A DNA stretch of 64,000 nucleotides. Origin: Bdellovibrionales bacterium. Lineage in GTDB: Bacteria; Bdellovibrionota; Bdellovibrionia; Bdellovibrionales; UBA1609. The position numbers were made by a program, and so were the translations under genes. Positions 1-13,804 of this stretch are shown here, piece after piece (position 1 is the stretch's first letter; each line of letters opens with the position of its first letter). The stretch spans positions 32,001 through 96,000 of the forward strand of contig CBDBIB010000003.1 of assembly GCA_965205945.1 (NCBI GenBank), written 5' to 3'. The notes beneath the pieces are model-generated. The model made no database searches. It worked only from the letters and a program-made list of their open reading frames with translations, and was not told where the DNA came from.

Positions 1-192
1 GTCCAGTCTTCCATGAAGCGTACCCATCAACCATCTTTTTAAAAATGCTGTTATAGTATTTATTCTCGGCAACAATTCATCAGGATCTACACTCGCTGAT
101 TTTCTTGGCAAATGTTTGTATCCTAAACTTCCAACATCATTATAACTTTTCCAGCCATTAGTACATATTAGACCTTTAGTCCATATTTTCAC
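1..192 (-). mobile_element. IS1595-family (ISXO2-like DDE) transposase remnant, 5'-truncated, runs off window start
   Basis: Manual translation: ...ICTNGWKSYNDVGSLGYKH...DELLPRINTITAFLKRWLMGTLHGRLD resembles the IS1595 motifs TDGWxGY..LGYxH and LLPRVHxxxxLLKRWLLGTHxG. An in-frame TAG at about 223-225 removes the N-terminal part, and TDGW reads TNGW. Confidence 0.7.
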
Positions 193-257
193 CTTAAACA
201 AATAAATCTTTTTATTAAGCAACTATTTTAAGGTTTTTCTTCCGACATAAACTCTTA

Positions 258-1793
258 ATGGCTTATTTCATATTTATTTTATCTTTTTTCATATTCTCAA
301 CCACTTATGCCTCTTGTTTAGAAAAAAACATAATCAAAAATCAATTTCTAGTTGTGACCCCTGAGGATCTATCCACAAGCTTTTCCATAAAAACAGGTTT
401 ACCTAAACCCTTTTTAAAAAAAATTTCAAGTTCAAAAAAAATATCAGTTCCTTTAAAAACTAACACTCAAAAAATACTTAACACATACTTAACAAATTCA
501 AATTCTCTTTCTAAAATTCAAAAGATTTTCCCCACTGCTAAAATCCAAAACGATTGCAAAGTTAGTTTTTTAAGAACAGTTCCAAACTCAGACCCTTTTT
601 TAAGTTTTCAAAATTGGTATTTTAATAGTTTAAATCAAAACCCTTCTTCTATTTTAATTCCTTTAAGAGATATTGTTGTCGCTGTTTCTGATACTGGAGT
701 AGATATTGATCATATTGATCTTAAAAAAAACCTATGGACAAACTCTGCTGAATTAAATGGTTTTCCAAATATTGATGATGATCATAATGGGTATATTGAT
801 GATATTTATGGTTATGATTTTGGTGACAATGATTCAAACCCTAAACCCACAACCAAAGACTCTTTTATTGATTATGATCATGGGACACATGTTGCAGGAC
901 TTATTGCTGCAAGGTCTTTTAATAATGAGGGTGTTTCTAGTATTTCTTTAAATTCTATAAAAATTATGTCCTTAAAAGGTTTTAAATCCAATGCACCCTC
1001 AAGTATTTCTGACCTACTTAAAACTATCTATTATGCTGTTGATAATGGAGCTAATATTATAAACGCTAGCTGGGGTACAGAGAAACTTCCTGAGGCAGCA
1101 GAAATTGCTGCAGTAAACTATGCTACACAAAATGGTGTTGTCATCGTGGCCTCTGCTGGAAATGATCGCATTCCTGCTTCATGGTTTACTCCTGGAGCAA
1201 TTAAGAGTGTTGTTACTGTGGCCTCAGTAAATTCATCAAATCAACTTTCTACTTTTTCAAACTACGGCTCTTCCATTGATTTTATTTCCCCTGGAGGAGA
1301 TGGTCCTGAACGCTCTTCAGAATCTTTATTAAGCCTTGGTTTAGGATCTAGCTATCTTCAGCTTAAAGGTACTAGTATGGCTGCACCACTTATAGCTGGT
1401 CTTATAGGTAGTCTCATGTCTCAAAGTAAGTCTTTAACAGCATTTCAAGCTCTTCATGTTCTAAAAGAATCTGGTGATAACTTTATCTTACAACCATATC
1501 TACAAAACAACGATTCTAGATTATATACTAAACCTAATTTTTTAAAAGCTCTTCATTATTTAGACAAAAATAAAGATCTACCTAATATTAAAATCCCACT
1601 TGATGAAGTAAAAAACTATACATATTCAAAAAACTTTACAAACTCTTTAAAAAGTAATGGAGGATGCTCAAACTCCCTTTTAAAACAACCTTATACTAAA
1701 GATTCTTATTTAAAAAGTCAGGTGTCTTTTTTAAATCTTTTATTTTTCTTATTACCTTTTTTAACTATTTTAGGAATAAAAAATATATTTTAA
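258..1793 (+). CDS. Secreted S8 (subtilisin-like) serine protease with C-terminal GGC + hydrophobic tail
   Basis: Signal peptide; triad motifs SDTG, HGTHVAG, GTSMAAP; DDDHNGYIDDIYGYDF insertion typical of S8. Confidence 0.93.
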   Translation: MAYFIFILSFFIFSTTYASCLEKNIIKNQFLVVTPEDLSTSFSIKTGLPKPFLKKISSSKKISVPLKTNTQKILNTYLTNSNSLSKIQKIFPTAKIQNDCKVSFLRTVPNSDPFLSFQNWYFNSLNQNPSSILIPLRDIVVAVSDTGVDIDHIDLKKNLWTNSAELNGFPNIDDDHNGYIDDIYGYDFGDNDSNPKPTTKDSFIDYDHGTHVAGLIAARSFNNEGVSSISLNSIKIMSLKGFKSNAPSSISDLLKTIYYAVDNGANIINASWGTEKLPEAAEIAAVNYATQNGVVIVASAGNDRIPASWFTPGAIKSVVTVASVNSSNQLSTFSNYGSSIDFISPGGDGPERSSESLLSLGLGSSYLQLKGTSMAAPLIAGLIGSLMSQSKSLTAFQALHVLKESGDNFILQPYLQNNDSRLYTKPNFLKALHYLDKNKDLPNIKIPLDEVKNYTYSKNFTNSLKSNGGCSNSLLKQPYTKDSYLKSQVSFLNLLFFLLPFLTILGIKNIF

Positions 1794-1815
1794 AAGCTTT
1801 TTTTCTAATCTAGAA

Positions 1816-2127
1816 TTAACCTAAAATTTTAAAAGACACTACAAGCATATAAATAACTAATGATTCAATAAGAACTAAACCAATAATCATTGATACAAAC
1901 ATTTTTTCTTGAGCATTTGGATTTCTTGCAATTCCTTCCATTGCTGCTGCACAAATTTTACCTTGTGCTAATGCTCCACCAATTACTGCTAGGCCTAAAC
2001 CTAAACCAGCAGCAAGCGCTCCAAGTCCAGATCCGCTAGTTGCTACTTCAGCACTTTCTGCAAAAGCCCACACGCTCGGCAATAAAACTACAGACATAGC
2101 TCCTAAAGTTTTTAATATTCCTCTCAT
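1816..2127 (-). CDS. atpE: F0 ATP synthase subunit c with N-terminal extension
   Basis: GIARNP loop, LIESLVIY helix 2; downstream of atpB. Confidence 0.96.
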   Translation of the reverse strand: MRGILKTLGAMSVVLLPSVWAFAESAEVATSGSGLGALAAGLGLGLAVIGGALAQGKICAAAMEGIARNPNAQEKMFVSMIIGLVLIESLVIYMLVVSFKILG

Positions 2128-2173
2128 CTTTATTCTCCTTTTTACTTATATTAACTAAAGACTTTATTAAATT

Positions 2174-2863
2174 TTAATGATCATGGGCAACCGACATAGA
2201 TACATAAATCATGGAAAGCATTGTAAACACAAATGCCTGCATAAAACACACAAAAAAACCTAGTAAATAAAATATTACCGCGCCTGGAACAGGAAGCAGT
2301 TCTGTAAAAATACCTAAAACCATATGATCACCAAGCATATTACCTTGAAGTCTTAAACCTAAACTTACAGGACGCACAACATGAGATATAATTTCAATAG
2401 GCAGCATCAATGGTGCGAGCCAAAGTACCGGACCTAAAAAATGCTTTAAATAAGAAACGCCATGCTCCATAAATCCAAAGATATTATAAACTAAAAAACT
2501 AAAAATTCCGATTGCAACACCTGTATTAATATTTTCAGTTGCAGGAGTCATTCCTGGAGCTAGGCCTATAAGATTGTTAAAAAATAAGAAAAAAAATAAC
2601 GACGCAAATAAGGGTGTCATTTTATATCCCTCATCTCCCATCACTGATGCGCCTAAATTTCTAATAAATTCAACAAGTTGTTCAAATATTCCACGAATAG
2701 AGATTCTTCCTGCCGGAACAATCGCTGCTTCTCCACTTCCTAAAGCTATGCGTCCAATAAGACTAAAAGCTATTATTGTCCCTGTAGCAACCACAGCTGT
2801 TGCCACATGAGAATTATCCTGTGTAACTCCCGGTAATAATTCTGTCCAATTAAAGTTTGCCAT
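2174..2863 (-). CDS. atpB: F0 ATP synthase subunit a
   Basis: RPVSLGLRLQGNM and QAFVFTMLSMIY motifs. Confidence 0.96.
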   Translation of the reverse strand: MANFNWTELLPGVTQDNSHVATAVVATGTIIAFSLIGRIALGSGEAAIVPAGRISIRGIFEQLVEFIRNLGASVMGDEGYKMTPLFASLFFFLFFNNLIGLAPGMTPATENINTGVAIGIFSFLVYNIFGFMEHGVSYLKHFLGPVLWLAPLMLPIEIISHVVRPVSLGLRLQGNMLGDHMVLGIFTELLPVPGAVIFYLLGFFVCFMQAFVFTMLSMIYVSMSVAHDH

Positions 2864-3143
2864 CCTCTATTTTCTCACTACCTTTACTTAAAAACTTATA
2901 GCAATAATACACAACCATTACCACCAAACCCATTAAAAACCCTATAAAAAAATTCACGCCGTCTGATCTATATTTATCTATAAAAATAAACAGTATAAAA
3001 ACTATTAATAATTCACTTATTACAATAGTGGTGAGTAAGAAGGCAACCTGTTTTTTCTTAGAAGAAAAAAGAATAAAAATTAATACTCTCTTTGCTATTA
3101 AAAGGAGTAAAAAAACTAGTATTCCTGCAATAAAATTATACAT
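2850..3143 (-). CDS. Small membrane protein, AtpI-like by position
   Basis: 97 aa, three hydrophobic segments, overlaps the atpB start. Confidence 0.55.
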   Translation of the reverse strand: MYNFIAGILVFLLLLIAKRVLIFILFSSKKKQVAFLLTTIVISELLIVFILFIFIDKYRSDGVNFFIGFLMGLVVMVVYYCYKFLSKGSEKIEDGKL

Positions 3144-3947
3144 TTATCTTTTCAATCTACCTTTTCCACCAGGCTGTTGTGCAAACCTTTTTGTCAACTC
3201 CTCAATTCTCCACTCTAAAAGAGGATCCTTATCGTTTCTTTCCTTAGCATGAAGCACAAGCTGTTCTATGGCTTCTTTATATTTTTTTTGTTCCTCTAAA
3301 ATTAATGCTAACTGCATTCTAATTCTCCATTTTTTTGATAAATTTGGGTATGTGTTTAAAATCTGCTTATACTCTTTTTCAGCAAGTTCGATCTTTTTAA
3401 AATTTGTATTTGTTCTAGCTTTTAAGATTTTAATTCTAAATCTTTGGGAAGGAGATAAATCCTTTCTACTTAAAAAGCTTTTAACTTCAATTAACGCTTG
3501 TTCATATTTTTCACGATTAATATTAGCTATTAAAATTAATTTAATATATTGATCTCTTTGATTTTCATTTAACAAGTCTACGTTAATTCTTTCTAAATAA
3601 TCTAAAGCTTGAATATTATTTTTATAGTTTTGAATTAAAAGTTTAGACAACATTAAACGAATTTGATTCCGTTCCTGTTCGGTTTCAACATAAATAAGTT
3701 TCTTTTGTAAAATTGATTTGTAATAAGCAGCTTTTTTAACTTTTTTCTTTATAATTTCTTCAATTGCTAAAATATATTTTAATTTTTCTTTTAAAGAAAC
3801 TTCATTATTTAGTGCGTTGTCTAAGATTTGAAGAGCTTTTTTTGAATTTGTTTTAGATAAGCTTTGTGCAGATTTAATAGTTCGACTACTCTTATTTGAA
3901 CAGCTGATTAGAATAAATAAAAAAAGAAAACTTATTATTTTGAAGAT
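3144..3947 (-). CDS. TPR-repeat lipoprotein (start extended to ATC at 3947)
   Basis: Frame is open from the gyrA stop (3954) to 3144. The upstream extension encodes (M)FKIISFLFLFILISC, a lipoprotein signal. TPR-like helices follow. The ORF-track ATG at 3653 is probably internal. Confidence 0.75.
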   Translation of the reverse strand: MFKIISFLFLFILISCSNKSSRTIKSAQSLSKTNSKKALQILDNALNNEVSLKEKLKYILAIEEIIKKKVKKAAYYKSILQKKLIYVETEQERNQIRLMLSKLLIQNYKNNIQALDYLERINVDLLNENQRDQYIKLILIANINREKYEQALIEVKSFLSRKDLSPSQRFRIKILKARTNTNFKKIELAEKEYKQILNTYPNLSKKWRIRMQLALILEEQKKYKEAIEQLVLHAKERNDKDPLLEWRIEELTKRFAQQPGGKGRLKR

Positions 3948-3953
3948 ACGTTT

Positions 3954-6422
3954 TTACTCCTCTTCAGGTAATATAGTCATTCCTGTTACAGATTCTCCTA
4001 AATTTAAGTTAATAATTTTTAAGCCTTGAGTTGAGCGTCCATAAATTGAAATATCTGAAGCTTTCACTCTAATAGCCTGGCCTTTATTGGTTGTTATAAC
4101 TACTTGGTCTGTATTTTGAACCATTGTTGCTTTAACAACTCTTCCAACTTTGTCTGTTATTTTTTGAGTAATAAGACCCACTCCTCCTCTAGATTGCACC
4201 CTATAATCTTTTAATGAAGTTCTTTTCCCAAAACCATTTTCAGTAATGATTAGCATATTTAAATCTTTATCATCAGTTGATACAATAGCAGCACCCACTA
4301 CCTGATCACCTTTAAAAAGACTAATCCCTTTCACACCACGAGCTGTTCGCCCCATAGATCTAATTTGTTTTTCATCAAATCTAATAGACATTCCATTTTT
4401 AGTAATTAAGAAAACATCGTCCTCACCTGTGGTCAGACAAACATTTACTAAAGAATCTTCTTTATCTGTATTTGCAGCAATTAAGCCACTTAATCTTGGT
4501 TTTGAAAAATTCTTTAAATTTGTTCTTTTAACAATTCCATTTTTAGTAACAAATAAAATCTCACCTTTTTGATTAGCAAAATCTGTAATTGCCATAATCG
4601 TAGTAACTTGTTCTTCATTTGAAAGTTGAACAATATTTTTAATAGATTTACCTTTACTGGTTCTTGATCCTTTTGGAAGACTATGTACTCGTGACCAATA
4701 AACTTTTCCTCTATCAGAGAAAACTAAAAGCGTTGAAAGTGTTCCTGTATGAACAATATCTATAATAAAATCTTCCTCTACTGCTCCAGCCCCCTTAACT
4801 CCTTTTCCTCCACGTTTTTGAACTCTATATTCATCAATCCCTATTCTCTTTATTTTATCTGAAGCTGTAAGAGTTACTAAAACCTCTTCGTTTGACACAA
4901 GATCTTCAAATTCAAAATTACCTTGAACATCTTCAATTTCAGTTCTTCTCTTGTTACCATATTTTTCTTTAACAAAAGTAAGTTCTTTAGATATAATGTT
5001 TAAAACTTCTTGAATATCAGACAAAATTTCCTTTAATCGCTTAATTGTTTTTTTAACTTCAGCAAGCTCCTTATTAATTTTATCTTTTTCTAAGCCTGTA
5101 AGTCTTTGAAGTCTCATTTCTAAAATTGCTTGTGCCTGTCTTTTAGAAAATAAGAATTTCCCAATTAACCCTACTAAGGCATCACTTGCTTCTTGAGACC
5201 CTCTAATGATTTTAATCACTTCATCAATATGATCTAAAGCCTTACTTAAACCAAATAAAATGTGCTCCCTATCTTCAGCTTTCTTTAAATTAAAAAGACA
5301 ACGTCTAATAATAACATTTTTCCTATGTTCAATAAACGATGTTAATATTTCTTTTATATTAAAAAGATTTGGTTTACTTTTACTATCTAAAGCCAAAAGA
5401 CTAATTCCAAAATTTACTTGTAATTGAGTCATTTTAAAAAGCTGATTTAATAAAACCTGTCCATTGGTATCTCGTTTTGTTTTTATAACAATTCGAATCC
5501 CTTCTCTGCTTGACTCATCTTTAATATCAGCAATTCCTTCGATTCTTTTATCGCGAACAAGTTGAGCGATGTTTTCAATAAGTCTTGCTTTATTTACTTG
5601 ATAAGGAAGCTGTGTAACTATTATTTCAGATCTATCTTTTTTAACATCCTCAATAATTTCAGTAACAGATTTAATTTTTATACTTCCTTTACCCGTCGTA
5701 TACGCACTGATAATTCCTGCTCGTCCTGTGATTACAGCACCTGTTGGAAAATCTGGCCCTGGAATATACTGAATTAAATCATTTATTAAAGCCTCCGGGT
5801 TTTTAATCAAATATAAACATCCGTTAATAACCTCTATTAAATTATGAGGTGGTATATTTGTTGCCATACCAACTGCAATACCAGAACTTCCATTAATCAA
5901 AAGATTTGGAAATTTTGCAGGAAGAATTAAAGGGATTCTTAATGAATCATCATAGTTTGGTCCAAAATCTACTGTATCCTTACTAATATCTTCTAAAAGA
6001 GCTTCTGCAAGTTTTGTCATTCGAACTTCTGTATATCTTTGTGCTGCAGGACTATCACCATCAATGGAACCAAAGTTTCCTTGTCCATCAACTAAGGGTT
6101 CTCTTAAAGAAAACTCCTGAGCCATTCTTACCATAGAGTCATAAACAGCCGTATCACCATGTGGATGATATTTACCAATAACATCACCAACTATTCTGGC
6201 TGATTTTTTATATGGTTTATCATGGGTATTATTTAAATCATTCATAGCATAAAGTATTCTTCTATGAACTGGTTTTAAGCCATCTCTAACATCAGGAAGT
6301 GCTCTTCCAACAATTACACTCATTGAATATTGAAGATAAGCCTCCCGCATTTCAATATTAATATCAATTTGTGAAACATCTTTTTCTTTATTTATATTAT
6401 CTATTCCTTCATTATTTCCCAT
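3954..6422 (-). CDS. gyrA: DNA gyrase subunit A
   Basis: [15 protein letters not shown], GyrA box QKRGGKG; likely start ATG 6422 just after the gyrB stop. Confidence 0.98.
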   Translation of the reverse strand: MGNNEGIDNINKEKDVSQIDINIEMREAYLQYSMSVIVGRALPDVRDGLKPVHRRILYAMNDLNNTHDKPYKKSARIVGDVIGKYHPHGDTAVYDSMVRMAQEFSLREPLVDGQGNFGSIDGDSPAAQRYTEVRMTKLAEALLEDISKDTVDFGPNYDDSLRIPLILPAKFPNLLINGSSGIAVGMATNIPPHNLIEVINGCLYLIKNPEALINDLIQYIPGPDFPTGAVITGRAGIISAYTTGKGSIKIKSVTEIIEDVKKDRSEIIVTQLPYQVNKARLIENIAQLVRDKRIEGIADIKDESSREGIRIVIKTKRDTNGQVLLNQLFKMTQLQVNFGISLLALDSKSKPNLFNIKEILTSFIEHRKNVIIRRCLFNLKKAEDREHILFGLSKALDHIDEVIKIIRGSQEASDALVGLIGKFLFSKRQAQAILEMRLQRLTGLEKDKINKELAEVKKTIKRLKEILSDIQEVLNIISKELTFVKEKYGNKRRTEIEDVQGNFEFEDLVSNEEVLVTLTASDKIKRIGIDEYRVQKRGGKGVKGAGAVEEDFIIDIVHTGTLSTLLVFSDRGKVYWSRVHSLPKGSRTSKGKSIKNIVQLSNEEQVTTIMAITDFANQKGEILFVTKNGIVKRTNLKNFSKPRLSGLIAANTDKEDSLVNVCLTTGEDDVFLITKNGMSIRFDEKQIRSMGRTARGVKGISLFKGDQVVGAAIVSTDDKDLNMLIITENGFGKRTSLKDYRVQSRGGVGLITQKITDKVGRVVKATMVQNTDQVVITTNKGQAIRVKASDISIYGRSTQGLKIINLNLGESVTGMTILPEEE

Positions 6423-6423
6423 A

Positions 6424-9967
<3,544 letters not shown>

Positions 9968-9983
9968 ACTTTTTTCCGCTATT

Positions 9984-11108
9984 TTAAATTCTCATTGGCA
10001 TCACAACACACTGATATTTTTCATCACCCTTTGGCCTTAATAGTACTGGTGAATTTTTATCTTTAAAAGACATCTTTACTTCATTTTCTCTAATTGAAGT
10101 TAACACTTCTAAAATATATCTAGAATTAAAACCTATTTTTAAATTCTCTTTATTATAACTAACTTGAATTTCTTCTTTAGCTTCTCCAAGGTCTGGAGAA
10201 TTAGAGAAAATTTTAACAGCTCCACTAGAAAAAGAAAATACAACACCTTTTGATTTTTGATTAGATGCTAAAGAAACTCTTTTTAAACTAGATATTAGTT
10301 TGTTTTTATCAATTATAGCATGAATATTTAAATTTTTTGGAAGCAACTGCTTATAATTTGGATATTTACCTTCAATTAACCTAATCATTAAAAATGTATT
10401 TAAAGATTTTACTATTAATTGAGCACCATCAACTGTTATTCCCATAATTTCATTAGAATCTAAGGAATCAACTATTTTTTTAATTTCATTAAGGCCTTTA
10501 CGAGGTATTATAATTCCCTCTTTAAATACTCCTGACGATGTGATAGTTAGATTTTTATCGACTAAACTAAGTCTATGTCCATCTGTAGCTACCATCCTTA
10601 TGTTTAAGCTGTCAGAGCCTTCTTTGGATTCAAATAAAACGCCATTTAAATGATAGCGAGATTCATCTGTTGATACTGAGTAAATTGTTTTCTCAATCAT
10701 TTCTTTAATAGTACTTGATAAAAAATTTGTAAATTGACTAGTTTCTGGGCTTGGGAATATAGGGTATACGTCAGGACTTATTCCATTTATATTAAAATAT
10801 GATTTTTCTTGTTCTATAACTAATGAATTGTTTTCAAGTTTTTTAAAATGTATTTCTCCATCTGGAAATTCTTTTAAAATATTAAATAAATTTTTTGCAT
10901 TAACAACAACTTGTCCATCTTTTAAACAGTTAACTTTACAAGTAGATTTAATACTTACCTCTAGATCAGTAGCATATAAGGTTAGTATATCATTACTTAC
11001 TGAAAGAAGAACATTTGTAAGAACAGGCATTGTATTTCTTTTCTCAACAATGTTTTGAACCATAGAGATAAGTTTAAATATCTCTGCTTTTAAAACAATT
11101 ATTTTCAT
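9984..11108 (-). CDS. dnaN: DNA polymerase III beta clamp
   Basis: ATDLEV, VATDGHRL, C-terminal VVMPMRI. Confidence 0.98.
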   Translation of the reverse strand: MKIIVLKAEIFKLISMVQNIVEKRNTMPVLTNVLLSVSNDILTLYATDLEVSIKSTCKVNCLKDGQVVVNAKNLFNILKEFPDGEIHFKKLENNSLVIEQEKSYFNINGISPDVYPIFPSPETSQFTNFLSSTIKEMIEKTIYSVSTDESRYHLNGVLFESKEGSDSLNIRMVATDGHRLSLVDKNLTITSSGVFKEGIIIPRKGLNEIKKIVDSLDSNEIMGITVDGAQLIVKSLNTFLMIRLIEGKYPNYKQLLPKNLNIHAIIDKNKLISSLKRVSLASNQKSKGVVFSFSSGAVKIFSNSPDLGEAKEEIQVSYNKENLKIGFNSRYILEVLTSIRENEVKMSFKDKNSPVLLRPKGDEKYQCVVMPMRI

Positions 11109-11366
11109 TTTTATATTTCTCCAATTTTTCTGTTTTTAAAACACTATAACTATATATATTAAAGTAGTAGTAGTAGTAGTACCTGTGGATTGTGGATTAT
11201 TTTTCTATCTCCTTAAAATTATTTTCTTTTTTACTTTTTTTTAGTGTTGAAAAAAAAATCATAAAGTTCGCTTTTTCCACAAATTTTATAATCCACATTT
11301 AAATCCCCAGGAAGTTTCATTTTTTTTCCACAAGGGATATTCACACCCCTGTTAAATTGTGGATTT
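11109..11366. other. Replication origin oriC (dnaA-dnaN intergenic)
   Basis: DnaA-box-like 9-mers at 11184-11192, 11191-11199, 11273-11281, 11289-11297, 11324-11332, 11337-11345 and 11358-11366; (GTA)6 DnaA-trio run at 11164-11181; AT-rich tract at about 11146-11163. Confidence 0.9.
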
Positions 11367-12777
11367 TTCTGTTTAAGTCTTCGATATTTTTACGTATTTC
11401 TCCGTTTTCTTGCTGTTGAGTTTTTATTTTGCGCACGGCGTTAAGAACTGTTGTGTGATCTTTTCCACTAAAAATTTTTCCGATTTCAACTAAACTTAAA
11501 TCAAGGTGTTTTTTAAGCAGATACATTCCGACTTGACGCGCTATAAGAATCTGTTTTCTTCGGCTTTTTCCTTTTAAATCAGGAAGCTTAATACTGTAGT
11601 GTTGTGAAATTAATTTTAAAATATCATCTACAGTTACTGTGGACTTAGCATCATGGTGAGAAAGGACTTTTTTACAAAGATTTAAATCTACTTTAATATT
11701 TTGAAGCTCTGAAACCATTTTGATTTTTTTAAGGTTTCCTTCAAGCTCACGAATAGAGCGACGAGAAATTTTAGCAATATAATTAACAGTTTCAGCAGTT
11801 AAAGAAAGAGGCATTTTTTCAGCCTTATAATTAAGGATAGCCACGCGTGTTTCAATATCAGGCATTTGGATATCTGCGATTAGCCCCCATTCTAAACGTG
11901 TTCTTATGCGGTCTTCAAAGTCTTTAATATCCTTAGGCATTCGATCAGAGGCAACAACAACCTGTCTTCCTGATTCAAGGTATTCATTTAAAGTATGGAA
12001 GAACTCTTGTTGAATAACCTCACCTCGTCCAAGAATTTGAATATCATCCATTAATAAAACATCTGAGCGTTCTCGATATTTTTTTCTAAATTTGTGCATT
12101 TCTGAACGTCTTAAACAAGATACACAGTCATTAAGAAATTTTTCAGCAGAAACATAAGTGATAATTTTATCTGGATCTTTTTCTAAAATATGGTTTGCAA
12201 TAGCATTTATAAGGTGTGTTTTCCCCATCCCTGTAGGTCCGCAGATAAATAAGGGGTTATAATCACTACTTTTAGGGTTTTCAGCAATGTTATGACAAGC
12301 AGCATGTGCAAATTCATTATTACGACCAACAACAAAATTAGAAAAAGTGTAGTCTTTATTTAAAAGATCTGAAGATTGAGGAGTTTGTTTTGCTTGAAGA
12401 GTTAGAAAGTTTTTAGGAGTGTTATTAGTGTAAACATGTTTTTTTAGAATTGGATTTAAAGTTTGAGGGGAATCTAGAGTTAAATTCTTTTCTTTCTTAG
12501 AAAATAAGCTGCTTTCTAAATGATCAACATTTATCTCAACGCAAAAGGGTGAATGAAAAAGTTCTTTAATTGAAGAACGGATTTCTTTTAAAAAATGTTC
12601 TGATATCCAATATTTATGAAGCTCCGTTGGAACACTAAGGTTAAAACAGGTTCCAAATTCTTGTGATTCTTGAACATTAATAAGTTTAGTTGGTTTAAAC
12701 CATGTTTCTGCGTATTCATTACCTGCATGGCGTTTTTGAAGGTTTTTTTTAACATTATCCCATAAAGCTTTAGACAA
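11341..12777 (-). CDS. dnaA: Chromosomal replication initiator DnaA
   Basis: YNPLFICGPTGMGKTHL, RELEG, KDHTTVL; TTG start with AGGAGG RBS. Confidence 0.98.
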   Translation of the reverse strand: MSKALWDNVKKNLQKRHAGNEYAETWFKPTKLINVQESQEFGTCFNLSVPTELHKYWISEHFLKEIRSSIKELFHSPFCVEINVDHLESSLFSKKEKNLTLDSPQTLNPILKKHVYTNNTPKNFLTLQAKQTPQSSDLLNKDYTFSNFVVGRNNEFAHAACHNIAENPKSSDYNPLFICGPTGMGKTHLINAIANHILEKDPDKIITYVSAEKFLNDCVSCLRRSEMHKFRKKYRERSDVLLMDDIQILGRGEVIQQEFFHTLNEYLESGRQVVVASDRMPKDIKDFEDRIRTRLEWGLIADIQMPDIETRVAILNYKAEKMPLSLTAETVNYIAKISRRSIRELEGNLKKIKMVSELQNIKVDLNLCKKVLSHHDAKSTVTVDDILKLISQHYSIKLPDLKGKSRRKQILIARQVGMYLLKKHLDLSLVEIGKIFSGKDHTTVLNAVRKIKTQQQENGEIRKNIEDLNRKIHNLTGV

Positions 12778-13038
12778 AATAAGATCCTCCTGTGACCGTA
12801 TAGATTGTATTTAATATAAGCCTTAGATGTTTTGCTCATAAATAAACATTAAAATGTGGGAAACTCTAATAATTCATGGTCAGCTTAGCAACAGGAATTA
12901 ATTAATGAGACAGTGCGTTTGTTTGTACAAGGTTTGTATACAATATTATAGAAAAGGATTTTTACAGATAGATCTTGACCTGTGACTATTAAATATGCTT
13001 TCATTCCCAGATTATCATCATAATTGATGGGAGGAATT

Positions 13039-13188
13039 GTGAAAAGGACGTATCAACCAAGTCGTATAAAAAGAAAAAGATCTCATGGATTTAGAAAAAG
13101 AATGGCTACTAAAGATGGGCAGGAAGTTTTACTACGTAGAAGATCTAAAGGCAGAAAGCGTTTAATCGTTGCTATAGGAGGCAAATAG
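13039..13188 (+). CDS. rpmH: 50S ribosomal protein L34 (not in ORF track)
   Basis: GTG start after [47 protein letters not shown]. Confidence 0.97.
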   Translation: MKRTYQPSRIKRKRSHGFRKRMATKDGQEVLLRRRSKGRKRLIVAIGGK

Positions 13189-13197
13189 TTTTTCTAG

Positions 13198-13569
13198 GTG
13201 TTTTTAAACAAGTTAAAAACTAAGGACTTTAAATCTTTAAGGAAAGACGGAAAAACCTTTAAAACATCAGATTTTCTTTTTGTATATAGTATAAAAGAGA
13301 ATACAGAGTGTGAGAACTCACTAAACGCAGGATTTACTATTACTAAAAAGGTTGGAAAAGCCTTTTTAAGAAATCGAATTCGACGTTTGTTAAGGGAAGC
13401 TTTACAGTTTTATGTGACAAAGGAAAAACTATCTTTTTTTGAAAAAAACTTAACAAAAGTTAAAGTTTATTTAAATGTTATTGTTCTTAAAAAACATTCT
13501 GAAAAATTTGTTTATTCAAATGTTTATAAGCAAATTCAAGATTTTTTTAATAATAGATTCTCTAATTAA
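13198..13569 (+). CDS. rnpA: Ribonuclease P protein component
   Basis: GFTITKKVGKAFLRNRIRR RNR motif; follows rpmH. Confidence 0.93.
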   Translation: MFLNKLKTKDFKSLRKDGKTFKTSDFLFVYSIKENTECENSLNAGFTITKKVGKAFLRNRIRRLLREALQFYVTKEKLSFFEKNLTKVKVYLNVIVLKKHSEKFVYSNVYKQIQDFFNNRFSN

Positions 13570-13804
13570 GAAATTTTTCTTAATTTTTATATATACATAT
13601 AGATATTTTTTAAAGCCGTTATTTGGTAATAAAGCTTTATGTAGGTTCTCTCCATCTTGTTCAGAGTATGCCATACAGTCGTTTAAAAGTTTTTCTACAG
13701 TTAAGGCACTAAAACTCACTGTATTAAGGCTGCTTAAATGTCATCCTTTTGGATCTTATGGGTATGACCCCATACCACCAAAGTCTATGGAGAAAATACT
13801 ATGA
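13475..13804 (+). CDS. yidD: Membrane protein insertion efficiency factor (true start uncertain, probably later)
   Basis: CRFSPSCSEY and RLLKCHPF..GYDPIP motifs. Confidence 0.92.
   Translation: MLLFLKNILKNLFIQMFISKFKIFLIIDSLIKKFFLIFIYTYRYFLKPLFGNKALCRFSPSCSEYAIQSFKSFSTVKALKLTVLRLLKCHPFGSYGYDPIPPKSMEKIL

Noticed and set aside
11164..11181. (GTA)6 as a microsatellite or phase-variation tract
   Set aside because: Its position between DnaA boxes and an AT-rich tract fits DnaA-trios
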